NCBI GenBank assembly: GCA_007378955.1
Contig: VMGY01000003.1
Span: forward strand, 26,264 to 90,263
Reading direction: 5' to 3'
Source of the DNA: Parcubacteria group bacterium Athens0714_12
GTDB lineage: Bacteria > Patescibacteriota > Patescibacteriia > UBA2591 > VMGY01
Length of the DNA stretch: 64,000 nucleotides
The position numbers and the translations under genes are program-made. Below are positions 46,249-57,635 of the stretch, piece after piece (within the stretch, counting starts at the first letter, position 1; each line of letters starts with the position of its first letter). The notes below the pieces were generated by a model. It searched no databases and had not been told where the DNA came from. It was given only the letters and a program-made list of their open reading frames with translations.

Positions 46249-48714
46249 TTAGTTCGCGACGATGTTTATTAATCTGTTGTTAATATAAATTATCTTTTTT
46301 ATTTCTCTGTTTTCAAGCCATTTTTTAATTTTTTCCCTTTCCAAGACCATTTTTTTAACTTCTTCTTCTGAAATATTTATTTTTATTTCCATTTTATCCC
46401 TTACCTTGCTATTAATCTGAATTATCAATTCTATTGTTTCATCAATAATTAAATCTGGATTGTAATCAGGCCATTTTTCTTCAAAAATAGTTTTCTCTTC
46501 CGGCAATCCTTTGAGCTGATGCCATAATTCTTCACTTAAATGAGGCGCGAGCGGCGCTAAAAGTAAAATTAAAATTTCCAAATCATGAGTTGTAAGTTGT
46601 AAGTTGTAAGTTGTAAGTTTATTTACGTATTCCATTAAACAAGCGATCATGGTATTGAATTTAAATTTTTCTATATCTTCGCTCACTTTTTTAATTGTCT
46701 GATGCCTTAATTTCTCTATTTCTAAATTTGGTCGCTGGTTGTTGGTCGCGAGTTGTTGGCTGACTAAATCCCAAACTTTATTTAAAAATCTATAAACCCC
46801 AATCACGCCTCTATCCTGCCATTCAGCGTCTTGTTCCGGCGGCGACATAAAAAGTTCATACAAACGCATTGTGTCCGCGCCGTATTTTATAAAAAATTCA
46901 TTCGGATTGACGACATTGCCTTTTGATTTGCTCATTTTCTCTCCGTTTCTATAAATCATTCCTTGGTTGAATAATTTTAAAAATGGCTCTTCAAATTCTA
47001 TTATTCCCAAATCAAACATTATTTTGCTAAAAAAACGGGCGTAAAGCAAATGCAAAACCGCGTGTTCTATGCCGCCGACATATAAGTCTGTTGGCAGCCA
47101 ATATTTAATTTTTTTCTTTTCAAAAATTTCTTCTGAATTTTTCGGGTCAACATACCTTAAATAATACCAAGCCGAGTCAACAAAAGTATCCATAGTATCT
47201 GTTTCTCTTTTCGCTTCAGCGCCGCATTTAGGACATTTTGTTTTTACAAATTTTTCGGCTTTTGCTAAAGGGGATTTTTCGCCTAAAGGCTTAAAATCTT
47301 CAATTTCCGGCAAAACGAGCGGCAAATCGCTTTCAAGTACAGGAATTTCACCGCAATGCTCGCAATAAATAATCGGTATTGGCACGCCCCAGTATCTTTG
47401 CCGTGAAATAAGCCAATCCCTTAATTTATATTTTTTAGTCCCAAAGCCAATGCCTTTATCTTCCAGCCATTTGGTCATTTCTTCCTGCGCCCTTTCGGAG
47501 GATAAACCATTAAATTTTTCCGATTCAATCAAAACGCCGTCTTCTTCAAAAGCGCCGTTTTCAATAGTTGACCTGCCATCTTCTGATTTAATCACTTCAA
47601 TAATTTCCAAGCTATGCTTTTCCGCGAAAAAATAATCTCTTTGGTCATGCGCGGGCACGGCCATAATCGCGCCTGTGCCGTATTCAGCCAAAACATAATC
47701 GCCGATATAAACAGGAACTTGTTTCTGATTAAAAGGATTTAGCGCGTAAGCGCCGGTAAAAACTCCGGTTTTTTCTTTTTCCTCCGACATTCTTTCTATT
47801 TCTGTTTTTTCTTTCGCTTGCTTGATATATTCTTCAACTTCTTTTTTCCGGCTCTCGGCAGTTAGAGATTCCACCAAAGGATGTTCCGGCGATAAAACCG
47901 CGTAAGTCATTCCGAAAACCGTATCAACGCGCGTGGTATAAACTCTGATTACCTCTTCTTTTTGTCCTCCCTTTTCATCCAAAATCGGCATTTCAAATTC
48001 CACGCCATAGCTTCGGCCAATCCAATTTCTTTGCATAATTTTTACTTTTTCCGGCCAATCCACCAAATCCAAATCTTCAATCAAACGGTCGGCGTATTGA
48101 GTAATTTTTAAAAACCATTGATTAAGTTCTTTTTTTGTAATTTCAGAACAACATCTTTCGCACTTTCCATCCTTAACCTGCTCATTTGCCAAAACAGTCT
48201 GGCAGGAAGGGCACCAATTAACCAAAGCCATTTTTTTATAAGCCAATCCTTTTTTATAAAATTGCAGAAAAAGCCATTGAGTCCATTTATAATATTCCGG
48301 CTGCGAAGTATTGACTTCTTTTTGCCAATCATAAAGATAACCGGCATTTTTTAATTGTTCTTTGATGATGGAAATATTTTTTTCCGTGCTGATTCTGGGA
48401 TGAACGCCGGTTTTTAAAGCATAATTCTCCGCCGGTAATCCGAAAGCGTCCCAACCCATGGGATGCAGGACATTATATCCTTCCATTAATCTTTTTCTGG
48501 CAATCACATCGCTGTAAGTATAGCCGCGCATATGCCCGACATGAAGGCCTTCGCCGGAAGGATAAGGAAACATATCCAAACAATAAAACTTTGATTTTTT
48601 ATTATCCTCTGAAGTTTTATTAATTCCTATTTTATTCCATATCGCCTGCCATTTTTTTTCAATTTTTTGAGCTTCGTATTTCACCCCGTTAGAAATATTT
48701 TCTTTTTTAGACAT
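46249..48714 (-). CDS. leuS: leucyl-tRNA synthetase
   Basis: HMGH (HVGHMRGY) and KMSKS motifs, CP1 editing domain. Confidence 0.9.
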   Translation of the reverse strand: MSKKENISNGVKYEAQKIEKKWQAIWNKIGINKTSEDNKKSKFYCLDMFPYPSGEGLHVGHMRGYTYSDVIARKRLMEGYNVLHPMGWDAFGLPAENYALKTGVHPRISTEKNISIIKEQLKNAGYLYDWQKEVNTSQPEYYKWTQWLFLQFYKKGLAYKKMALVNWCPSCQTVLANEQVKDGKCERCCSEITKKELNQWFLKITQYADRLIEDLDLVDWPEKVKIMQRNWIGRSYGVEFEMPILDEKGGQKEEVIRVYTTRVDTVFGMTYAVLSPEHPLVESLTAESRKKEVEEYIKQAKEKTEIERMSEEKEKTGVFTGAYALNPFNQKQVPVYIGDYVLAEYGTGAIMAVPAHDQRDYFFAEKHSLEIIEVIKSEDGRSTIENGAFEEDGVLIESEKFNGLSSERAQEEMTKWLEDKGIGFGTKKYKLRDWLISRQRYWGVPIPIIYCEHCGEIPVLESDLPLVLPEIEDFKPLGEKSPLAKAEKFVKTKCPKCGAEAKRETDTMDTFVDSAWYYLRYVDPKNSEEIFEKKKIKYWLPTDLYVGGIEHAVLHLLYARFFSKIMFDLGIIEFEEPFLKLFNQGMIYRNGEKMSKSKGNVVNPNEFFIKYGADTMRLYELFMSPPEQDAEWQDRGVIGVYRFLNKVWDLVSQQLATNNQRPNLEIEKLRHQTIKKVSEDIEKFKFNTMIACLMEYVNKLTTYNLQLTTHDLEILILLLAPLAPHLSEELWHQLKGLPEEKTIFEEKWPDYNPDLIIDETIELIIQINSKVRDKMEIKINISEEEVKKMVLEREKIKKWLENREIKKIIYINNRLINIVAN
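46588..46619. repeat. (AGTTGTA) x4.5 perfect heptamer tandem repeat, antisense and in frame inside leuS; a second 14-mer pair lies at 46729-46764
   Basis: agttgtaagttgtaagttgtaagttgtaagtt encodes LTTYNLQLTTH; ggtcgctggttgttggtcgcgagttgttgg encodes QQLATNNQRP. Confidence 0.6.
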
Positions 48715-48968
48715 AATATCTTTTTTTAACTTCCCCGCAGAATATAAAATTTCTAACGGGGCGCGTATTTATATTTTATCATTTTAAATATATTTTTCAA
48801 GTTCGCGCGTTTTATCGCCGTCAAGCCATCGCTATTAAAAAAATTTAGACAAATCAAAAAAAATGTGTTAAATTAAAAATCATCATAACTGGGGTCGGTA
48901 AATGTGATAGAAAAGATTTCCCACTTCCGACATTTTACAATGCGCGCAAAGCCTGTTATTATAGAAAT

Positions 48969-50009
48969 ATGGTTAATCCGTTTATTTCTAAAAGAGTAAT
49001 TTTTCCTCCAAGCGAACAAAAAAAATTTATTATTGAAAATAAAAAAACTCTTGATTTATCAGATGAAAAACTGGCTTATTTATTAAAAATCAACCATCGG
49101 ACATTAACTAACTGGAAACGAGAAAAATTTTCTATTTCATTAAAAGCAGTTAAAATTATTTTAAAAAAAACTGATGGGAAAATGCCAAAAAATGTGGAAA
49201 TTAAGGAGGCTTTTTGGTATGCAAACAAAGGTGCTAAATTAGGCGGATTGACTGTATATAAAAAATATGGGAAAATAGGCGGCGATCCAGAATATAGAAA
49301 AAAGAAATGGTATGAATGGTGGGAAAAAATCGGAAAATTTAATCCAAATGAATATTTTGTAGCCAAAAAAATTGTTATGCCTCAAAAAAATACGGATTTA
49401 GCTGAATTCATTGGGATTATGATAGGAGATGGCGGGATTACCAAAAATCAAATAACTGTAAGTCTTAATTATAAAACTGATAAACTTTACAGTATTTTTG
49501 TAAAAAATCTTATTAGAAAACTTTTTAAAATAAATCCGAGCATTTATATCAGAAAAAATCAATCCTTAACTAATATTGTTGTTTCACGAAAACGTTTAGT
49601 ATTATTTTGTAAATCTTTGGGTTTAAAAATTGGCGATAAATTAAAACAAAATTTAGATATTCCTCAATGGATTAAAAAAAATAAATCTTTCAAAATTTTC
49701 TGCTTAAGGGGCTTGATGGACACTGACGGTTGTATATTTAATGAATGCCATAAAATTAATGAAAAAAAATATTGCTATCATAGATTATCTTTTGTAAGTC
49801 ATTCAAAACAACTTCGTTCCTCAGTCTTTAAAATATTAGAAGAATTAGATTTTTCTCCAAAAATTCGCAATAATAGAAGTGTGCAATTAGAAAGTCGAAA
49901 AGATGTTATAAAATATTTTAATTTAATAAGCACTAATAATCCAAAACATAAGAAACGTTTTAAATATTTTTTAGGAGGGGTCGGGAGTGGTTGTCCCAAG
50001 CGGTCTTGA
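48969..50009 (+). CDS. free-standing LAGLIDADG homing endonuclease with N-terminal HTH-like domain; 3' end overlaps tRNA-Ser
   Basis: Two LAGLIDADG motifs: GIMIGDGG and LRGLMDTDGC. Confidence 0.75.
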   Translation: MVNPFISKRVIFPPSEQKKFIIENKKTLDLSDEKLAYLLKINHRTLTNWKREKFSISLKAVKIILKKTDGKMPKNVEIKEAFWYANKGAKLGGLTVYKKYGKIGGDPEYRKKKWYEWWEKIGKFNPNEYFVAKKIVMPQKNTDLAEFIGIMIGDGGITKNQITVSLNYKTDKLYSIFVKNLIRKLFKINPSIYIRKNQSLTNIVVSRKRLVLFCKSLGLKIGDKLKQNLDIPQWIKKNKSFKIFCLRGLMDTDGCIFNECHKINEKKYCYHRLSFVSHSKQLRSSVFKILEELDFSPKIRNNRSVQLESRKDVIKYFNLISTNNPKHKKRFKYFLGGVGSGCPKRS

Positions 50010-50062
50010 AAACCGCTAGGGCTGCAAGGCCCTCGTGGGTTCGAATCCCACCCCCTCCGCCA
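49974..50062 (+). tRNA. tRNA-Ser (anticodon TGA), long variable arm, CCA encoded
   Basis: ggagggg/cccctcc acceptor; loop ctTGAaa; variable arm tagggctgcaaggccctc. Confidence 0.8.
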
Positions 50063-50096
50063 ATTTTCAGAATTAGAAAAACAGCCAAATAAATCA

Positions 50097-50187
50097 GGAG
50101 GAGTGCGGCGAATGGTAAGCCAGCAGTTTGCTAAACTGTAACCGTGTCAAAAGCGGTTTGTGGGTTCGACTCCCACCTCCTCCGCCA
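50097..50187 (+). tRNA. tRNA-Ser (anticodon GCT), long variable arm, CCA encoded
   Basis: ggaggag/ctcctcc acceptor; loop ttGCTaa; variable arm taaccgtgtcaaaagcggtt. Confidence 0.8.
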
Positions 50188-50234
50188 TTAAACTTCGCCA
50201 AGATTTCGCTTAAATTATTAAGTTTATATAATTT

Positions 50235-50735
50235 ATGAAAGTTAAAGAAAAAAATTACGCTTTTATAGACAGCCAAAATCTTAATTTAGGAATTCGGAGT
50301 TTAGGTTGGAAATTGGATTACAAAAGATTTAAAGTTTATTTAAGCGAAAAATATAATATTGAAACAGCGTATTTATTTATTGGCTACATGCCAGAAAATC
50401 AGGATATTTATTCATCTTTGCAGGAAGCGGGTTATGTTTTAATTTTTAAGCCGACTTTGCCGGATAAAAACGGAGATGTTAAAGGCAATGTTGACGCTGA
50501 TTTGGTTTTGCAAGTTATGCTTGATTATATAAAATATGATAAAGCCATTATTGTAACAAGCGACGGCGATTTTTATTCGTTAGTTAAATATTTATACAAA
50601 CAAAACAAACTTAAATTTGTAATGAGCCCTTATGTAAAAACTTGCTCTGCATTATTGAAAAAAACCGCTAAAGAAAAAATTATTTTTATGGCTAATTTAA
50701 AAAAGAAATTAGAGTATAAAGAAAAACACCGCTAA
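50235..50735 (+). CDS. NYN-domain (LabA-like PIN-fold) putative ribonuclease
   Basis: FIDSQNL..., TSDGDFYSLVKYL NYN/LabA motifs. Confidence 0.7.
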   Translation: MKVKEKNYAFIDSQNLNLGIRSLGWKLDYKRFKVYLSEKYNIETAYLFIGYMPENQDIYSSLQEAGYVLIFKPTLPDKNGDVKGNVDADLVLQVMLDYIKYDKAIIVTSDGDFYSLVKYLYKQNKLKFVMSPYVKTCSALLKKTAKEKIIFMANLKKKLEYKEKHR

Positions 50736-50802
50736 GGGACAGAACCTATAGAGGTGCTTTTCATATGTATTCTATTTTAGAGAATAGCAAGTTTTATCCA
50801 CA

Positions 50803-51318
50803 GTGTCAAATTTATATATGCCTAAAAAAATACAAGAAAAAAATGAGCGCGGCAAAATTTTAAACCAATGGAATTTTTCACAAATTCCCCAATACAAAAG
50901 AACGAAATCCTGGTATCTTTGGCTTGGCATTATCAGCGCCGGATTATTTATTTACGCCCTTTCTTCTTTGAATTTGCTTTTTGCTTTTTTTATTATTTTG
51001 GCGGACATTATTCTTGTTTTTGCCAATAATAATAAATTATCAAATATAAAAATTTCCATCGCTGAAGACGGTTTGGAAGTCGGCAAAAATTTTTATCCTT
51101 TTAACGACTTTGAAAAATTCTGGCTTGTCTATGAACCACCGGAAACAAAAAAACTCTATTTTGAATTTAAAAATAAATTCCGGCCTTTTTTGATTATTCT
51201 TTTGGAAAATCAAAATCCTGCTAAAATACGGCAAACTCTTTCAAAATACTTAACCGAAGACTTGGAAAAAGAAAATGAGTCTTTGGGCGAGCAAATGGAA
51301 AAATGGCTGAAAATATAA
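50803..51318 (+). CDS. hypothetical membrane protein (171 aa)
   Basis: Two TM helices; no family recognised. Confidence 0.4.
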   Translation: MSNLYMPKKIQEKNERGKILNQWNFSQIPQYKRTKSWYLWLGIISAGLFIYALSSLNLLFAFFIILADIILVFANNNKLSNIKISIAEDGLEVGKNFYPFNDFEKFWLVYEPPETKKLYFEFKNKFRPFLIILLENQNPAKIRQTLSKYLTEDLEKENESLGEQMEKWLKI

Positions 51319-51324
51319 TTATTC

Positions 51325-51399
51325 GCCCCTATAGTCTAATGGATAGAACACAAGCTTGCGGAGCTTGAGATGTAGGTTCGATTCCTACTGGGGGCACCA
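51325..51399 (+). tRNA. tRNA-Arg, anticodon reads GCG by manual folding; CCA encoded
   Basis: gccccta/tgggggc acceptor; anticodon stem caagc/gcttg; loop ttGCGga; T-loop ttcgatt. Confidence 0.7.
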
Positions 51400-51568
51400 A
51401 ATTGGACTTCGCGATTTTTTGCGGGGGGATTTTTTCGGAAAAATGCGTTCGGACTAATTCAAGAATACTGCACCAAGGATAACTTATAACTAAATTACGA
51501 AATACTAGGAATGCCGCATCCTCCCTCCTTTCCAAAAAATTGGAAATTAATATCATCAATTTTATTTA

Positions 51569-53656
51569 ATGCTCACTTCACAATCGCCTATTTCCCAGCT
51601 CCCGCGAGTGGGAAAAAGTTTAAGCAATAAATTAAAACGGCTCGAGATCTCAACTTTAGAAGATCTTATTTTTTATTATCCTTTCCGCTATGACGATTTA
51701 ACTAAAATTACGCCTATCGCCAAAATAATTCCCGGCCAAATTTTTACGGTAAGGGGAAAAATTCTTGTCATTGCCAACCGCCGAACTCCTTTAAAAAGAA
51801 AAATTATCACGGAAGCGATTATCACCGACCATTCCGGCTCCGTGAAAGCGATCTGGTTTTCCCAGCCATTTTTAACAAAAACTTTAAAGCCGGGAGAAAA
51901 TGTTTATTTTTCCGGCAAAACGGAAACCGGCCAAAACGGCCTTTATTTTTCCAATCCGGTTTACGAAAAAATCACTGAATGGAAAAAAGAAACTCTGCAT
52001 ACCGCCCGACTTGTCCCTATTTATTCTTTAAAAGATAAAATAACGCAAAAACAATTTCGCTTCTTAATCAAACAGTCTTTGCCTTACGGCAAATTAATTT
52101 ACGATTGGCTGCCTTTGGAAATTAAAAAAAACCTTACTTTGGCGGATTTAAATTTTTGCCTCAAGCAAATTCACTTTCCTGAAAATAATTATTATTTGGA
52201 AAAAGCGATTTACAGAATAAAATTCAATGAATTATTTTTACTCCAGCTTCAAGGCCAAAAAATCAAAAAAGACCTGCAAAAATTAAAAGCGGAAAAAATT
52301 GATTTTCATTTGAAGGAAACAAAAAAATTCACTTCTTCCCTGCCTTTTAAATTGACTGACAGCCAAAGAAAATCAAGTTGGGAAATTTTGCGCGACTTGC
52401 AAAAAGAAACGCCGATGAACCGGCTTTTGGAAGGCGATGTCGGCTCCGGCAAAACCTTGGTCGCGGCGATTATTTCTTTAAATAATGCTTTATCCGGCTT
52501 TCAGACCGCTTTCATGGCGCCGACGGAAATTTTAGCCAAACAGCATTTTAAAACTTTAAACAAAGTTTTTAAAAATTATAAAATTAAAATCGCTTTATTC
52601 ACCCGGACTGACAAAAAAATTCAAAACAAAAATAAAATTTCGGAAATTAAAAAATCAGCTTTAATTAAAAAAATATCCGAAGGGGAAATTCAAATTATTG
52701 TCGGCACTCACGCCTTAATCCAAAAAGAAATTGAATTTAAAAATCTTTCCTTGGTGATTGTTGACGAACAGCATCGTTTTGGCGTTGAACAAAGAGCGAT
52801 TTTGACTAAAAAATCAAAAACTCATAAATTTCCTCATTTTTTATCAATGACCGCTACGCCGATTCCCCGCTCCTTGGCCTTGACTTTATATGGCGATTTA
52901 GACCTTTCAGTGATTAATGAAATGCCCAAAGGCAGAAAAAAAATCATCACTAAAATCGTCAGTCCGCAAGATAGGACAAAAGCAAACCAATTTATCAGAA
53001 AAGAAATCGAAAAAGGCAGGCAAGTTTTTATTATCTGCCCTTTAATAGAAGAGTCTGATTTATTGGGCGTCAAAGCAACGACAATTGAATACGAAAGATT
53101 AAAAAAAGAAATTTTTCCCGATTTAAAAATCGGTTTGCTTCACGGCAAAATGAAAACGCGGGAAAAAGAAAAAATCAGATTGGAATTTTTGGAAAATAAA
53201 ATTAATATTTTAGTCGCCACTTCAATGGTTGAAGTCGGGGTAGATATCCCCAATGCTTCGGTGATGGTAATAGAAGGCGCGGAAAGATTCGGACTTGCCC
53301 AGCTTTACCAATTCAGGGGAAGAGTCGGCAGAAGCGAATATCAAAGTTATTGTTTTCTTTTCGCCGAATCAAACAGCTTAAATGCCAAACAAAGGCTGAA
53401 TGCCTTGCTAACCGCTAAAAACGGATTTGAACTGGCGGAAAAAGATTTGGAAATCCGCGGCGCCGGAGAAATTTACGGCGTTAAACAAAGCGGTTTTTTA
53501 TCCTGTTTAAAATTAGCGAAATTAACTGATTATAAAATTATTATTGAAGCGAAAAAATGGGCGATGAAAATCATCAATCAAGATCCTGAATTATCGGCGT
53601 ATCCGAATTTAAAAGAAAAATTAATTGAATTGGATAAAATTATCCATTTGGAATAA
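51569..53656 (+). CDS. recG: ATP-dependent DNA helicase RecG
   Basis: Wedge domain, Walker A GDVGSGKT, DEQHRFGV, helicase C-terminal motifs. Confidence 0.9.
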   Translation: MLTSQSPISQLPRVGKSLSNKLKRLEISTLEDLIFYYPFRYDDLTKITPIAKIIPGQIFTVRGKILVIANRRTPLKRKIITEAIITDHSGSVKAIWFSQPFLTKTLKPGENVYFSGKTETGQNGLYFSNPVYEKITEWKKETLHTARLVPIYSLKDKITQKQFRFLIKQSLPYGKLIYDWLPLEIKKNLTLADLNFCLKQIHFPENNYYLEKAIYRIKFNELFLLQLQGQKIKKDLQKLKAEKIDFHLKETKKFTSSLPFKLTDSQRKSSWEILRDLQKETPMNRLLEGDVGSGKTLVAAIISLNNALSGFQTAFMAPTEILAKQHFKTLNKVFKNYKIKIALFTRTDKKIQNKNKISEIKKSALIKKISEGEIQIIVGTHALIQKEIEFKNLSLVIVDEQHRFGVEQRAILTKKSKTHKFPHFLSMTATPIPRSLALTLYGDLDLSVINEMPKGRKKIITKIVSPQDRTKANQFIRKEIEKGRQVFIICPLIEESDLLGVKATTIEYERLKKEIFPDLKIGLLHGKMKTREKEKIRLEFLENKINILVATSMVEVGVDIPNASVMVIEGAERFGLAQLYQFRGRVGRSEYQSYCFLFAESNSLNAKQRLNALLTAKNGFELAEKDLEIRGAGEIYGVKQSGFLSCLKLAKLTDYKIIIEAKKWAMKIINQDPELSAYPNLKEKLIELDKIIHLE

Positions 53657-53740
53657 ATTCCGCGCCTTTTAGATTATGTAGTAAAACCTGCGCGTAAAAG
53701 CGCGAAATAAATTTAAATTTTATAAATTTTTTATAATAAA

Positions 53741-53776
53741 AAAACTGGACAAAAGGCCAGTTTTTTTATTTATCTT
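53741..53776. terminator. bidirectional hairpin terminator between recG and tRNA-Ile
   Basis: aaaaaaactggacaaaaggccagttttttt. Confidence 0.5.
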
Positions 53777-53825
53777 TTTTAAAAATTAATCTAAAATATT
53801 ATTAATTGCTAATTTAAAATTTATC

Positions 53826-53902
53826 TGGTGGGCGATTCAGGATTCGAACCTGAGACCTCGTCATTATCAGTGACGCGCTCTAACCAACTGAGCTAATCGC
53901 CC
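53826..53902 (-). tRNA. tRNA-Ile (anticodon GAT), CCA encoded
   Basis: gggcgattagctcagttggttagagc..ctGATaa..ttcgaat; 77 nt. Confidence 0.9.
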
Positions 53903-53940
53903 AAACAACTTATAACTGATAACTAACAACTGATAACAAT
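53903..53940. repeat. AACTTATAACTGATAACTAACAACTGATAACAAT repeat abutting the 5' end of tRNA-Ile
   Basis: Same family as 8884-8912, 9976-10066 and 14738-14765. Confidence 0.55.
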
Positions 53941-54123
53941 AAGATAACAAAAAAAATTGGCTCTGGCAAGACCAATTTTCTATTTTGACAACTAAAAAGT
54001 GATTGTAAGAATGCCTATTGTATTTAAACGAAGTTAATCAAAGATTAAACTTTAGCTTTTTATTTAAATTAAACAAAAAACTATCGACAACGGCAATTAT
54101 AAATTGCCGCCTTTTTCTCCCTA

Positions 54124-55660
<1,537 letters not shown>

Positions 55661-55794
55661 AAAAAATAATTAGTTTAAAAAACTAATTATCACAAAAAAA
55701 TAGACATTCTTACTTTTGCAAAATTCTCGCAAATTTTGCAAAACACAATCACTTTCTAATTGTCAAAGTACTTTTTCCATTTCTACATTTCTAT

Positions 55795-55822
55795 ATTATA
55801 TAACAAACTATAATACTGTCAA
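55795..55822 (-). promoter_or_regulatory. sigma70-like promoter (TTGACA-16-TATAAT) about 135 nt upstream of 16S
   Basis: Minus strand TTGACA at 55817-55822, TATAAT at 55795-55800. Confidence 0.35.
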
Positions 55823-55839
55823 GTCTTTTTAAAACCCGC

Positions 55840-56568
55840 TTATTTTCTTTTGATTTTTTTGCGTCCTTCTCGCCAGTCCTGAATTTTTTTATGGTCGCCG
55901 GAAAGCAGAATTTTAGGGACTTTGTGTTTTAAATTTTTGTTAAACAAAAAAATTTCAGGCCTGGTATATTGCGGATATTCCAGAGTAACTTTTAAATTTT
56001 TACTCTTAAATTTTGACTGGTTAAAACTCTCTTCTTTTAAAGATTCTTGATTGCCTAAAACTCCGGGAATTAATCTCGTCACCGCGTCAATAATAACCAT
56101 CGCCCCTAATTCGCCGCCGCTTAAAACATAATCGCCGATGGAAATTTCTTCGTCTATTAATTTTTTCACCCTTTCATCCACTCCTTCATAATGGCCGCAA
56201 ATAAAAATTATTCTGTCTAATTTAGAATATTTTTCAGCCGTCTTTTGATTAAAAGTTTTGCCTCTGGGGCTAAGCAAAATAATTTTTTGCTTATTTTTTC
56301 GGCCGGCGAATTTTACCTCCTTTTTTTTAACTGCTTCTAATGCCTGATAAATCGGTTCTATTTTCATCACCATGCCCGGTCCGCCGCCATAAGGTTTATC
56401 ATCAACTTTTTTATGTTTATCATTAGTATAATCTCTTATATTATATTCCTTAATAACAATCAATCCTTTTTTTTGAGCTCTTTTAATAATGCTCAAATTA
56501 AAATAAGAATCAAAAGCAGAAGGAAAAATTGTCAGGATATCAAATTTCATAATTATATTTGAAAACAA
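55840..56568 (-). CDS. trmD: tRNA (guanine37-N1)-methyltransferase
   Basis: SPOUT knot; [14 protein letters not shown] and [26 protein letters not shown] motifs. Confidence 0.9.
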   Translation of the reverse strand: MFSNIIMKFDILTIFPSAFDSYFNLSIIKRAQKKGLIVIKEYNIRDYTNDKHKKVDDKPYGGGPGMVMKIEPIYQALEAVKKKEVKFAGRKNKQKIILLSPRGKTFNQKTAEKYSKLDRIIFICGHYEGVDERVKKLIDEEISIGDYVLSGGELGAMVIIDAVTRLIPGVLGNQESLKEESFNQSKFKSKNLKVTLEYPQYTRPEIFLFNKNLKHKVPKILLSGDHKKIQDWREGRKKIKRK

Positions 56569-56634
56569 AGACCGCGATTTCCACCGCAGTCTTTGTTTTT
56601 ATTTCTATAAAACAATTAGTTTTACTTGATAAAA

Positions 56635-56949
56635 TTAAAGTTTTAATTCTTCAACGTCTTCGCTAATCGGTCTTCTTTCTCTTCTGGCGGCTTGCGCGCC
56701 TTCTGGTTCGTAAATCTTTAAGTTGACTCTGGCATTATTTTTCGCTCCCACTATTTTTACCAAAGTTCTTAAAGCGCGAGCGTTCTGACCTTGTCTGCCG
56801 ATGATTTGGCCCATATCCTCTTGATTAATTTTCAGAGTGATAAGAACGCCCATTTCATCTACAGTTCTTTCGGTTGAAACATCTTCGGGATGACTGACTA
56901 AATTTTTTACGATATACTCTACAAATTCTTGGTCTTTTGCTTTAGCCAT
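56635..56949 (-). CDS. KH-domain RNA-binding protein (YlqC/UPF0109-like) of the rpsP operon
   Basis: KH GxxG-like core MGQIIGRQGQNARALRTLV; position between rpsP and trmD. Confidence 0.75.
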   Translation of the reverse strand: MAKAKDQEFVEYIVKNLVSHPEDVSTERTVDEMGVLITLKINQEDMGQIIGRQGQNARALRTLVKIVGAKNNARVNLKIYEPEGAQAARRERRPISEDVEELKL

Positions 56950-57238
56950 TTTTACCTTTTTCTATCCTTCCTTTTTTATCTCGCTTAATTGCTTTTTGAC
57001 GTTTAAGCTGATAGTTTAGGGAAAGATTTATCTTCGCCCCGTGAAATAATCCGCCACGAAAGCAGATTCTCGCCCTGTGGGATTCCACCGGGTTAACTTA
57101 ACTTGTATCTTATCACCAGACTGCCGACCATTTAGAGCGCTAGTTTTTCTTAACCACTAGCCTGCTATTTTCAGACTGGTTCTTAAGTTTAAGGATAACA
57201 AATCGCTTAAAATTGTCAAATTAAAAAAATCCTTACTT
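56950..57238 (-). other. 289-nt comparatively GC-rich intergenic region in the rpsP operon; possible structured leader or small RNA
   Basis: Several GC stems (ccccgtgaaataatccgccacg..; ccctgtgggattccaccggg) in an AT-rich genome; no ORF. Confidence 0.2.
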
Positions 57239-57601
57239 TTAAACTTTTAGAGTTGTTTCTTTTTTTTCCGTAATTTCTGGAGAAACTGTCTTTTTTTCTT
57301 CCGCGATAGGCTGATTTCCGCCAGCTTCTTTTTTATTTTTTGACTTAGCTAATTTAATTTTAACTCCAGCGATTACTTTATCTTCTATTAATAAATTATG
57401 GACCGTCTCCGAAGTCTGAGCTCCTTTAGAAAGCCAATATTTTATTCTTTCTTTTTTCAACTCTCTTTTTTTAGTGAAAGGATTGTAATAACCCAAGTCT
57501 TCCAAAAAATCCCCCCATGGATCTTTTTTCTTTTCTAAAACTATGATCCGATAAGAGGGTTGTTTCTTTTTTCCAATTCTTGAAAATTTTATGCTTAACA
57601 T
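57239..57601 (-). CDS. rpsP: 30S ribosomal protein S16
   Basis: MLSIKFSRIGKKKQPSYRIIV..LGYYNP bS16 signature. Confidence 0.85.
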   Translation of the reverse strand: MLSIKFSRIGKKKQPSYRIIVLEKKKDPWGDFLEDLGYYNPFTKKRELKKERIKYWLSKGAQTSETVHNLLIEDKVIAGVKIKLAKSKNKKEAGGNQPIAEEKKTVSPEITEKKETTLKV

Positions 57602-57635
57602 AATGGATTAAAATTAGCACAAGATAAAAATAAGG

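Noticed and set aside
48715-48968. T-box leader upstream of leuS
   Set aside because: A GC hairpin (ccccgcag...cgggg) is present but no AGGGTGGNACCGCG T-box core or specifier-loop arrangement could be recognised by eye. Left unannotated.
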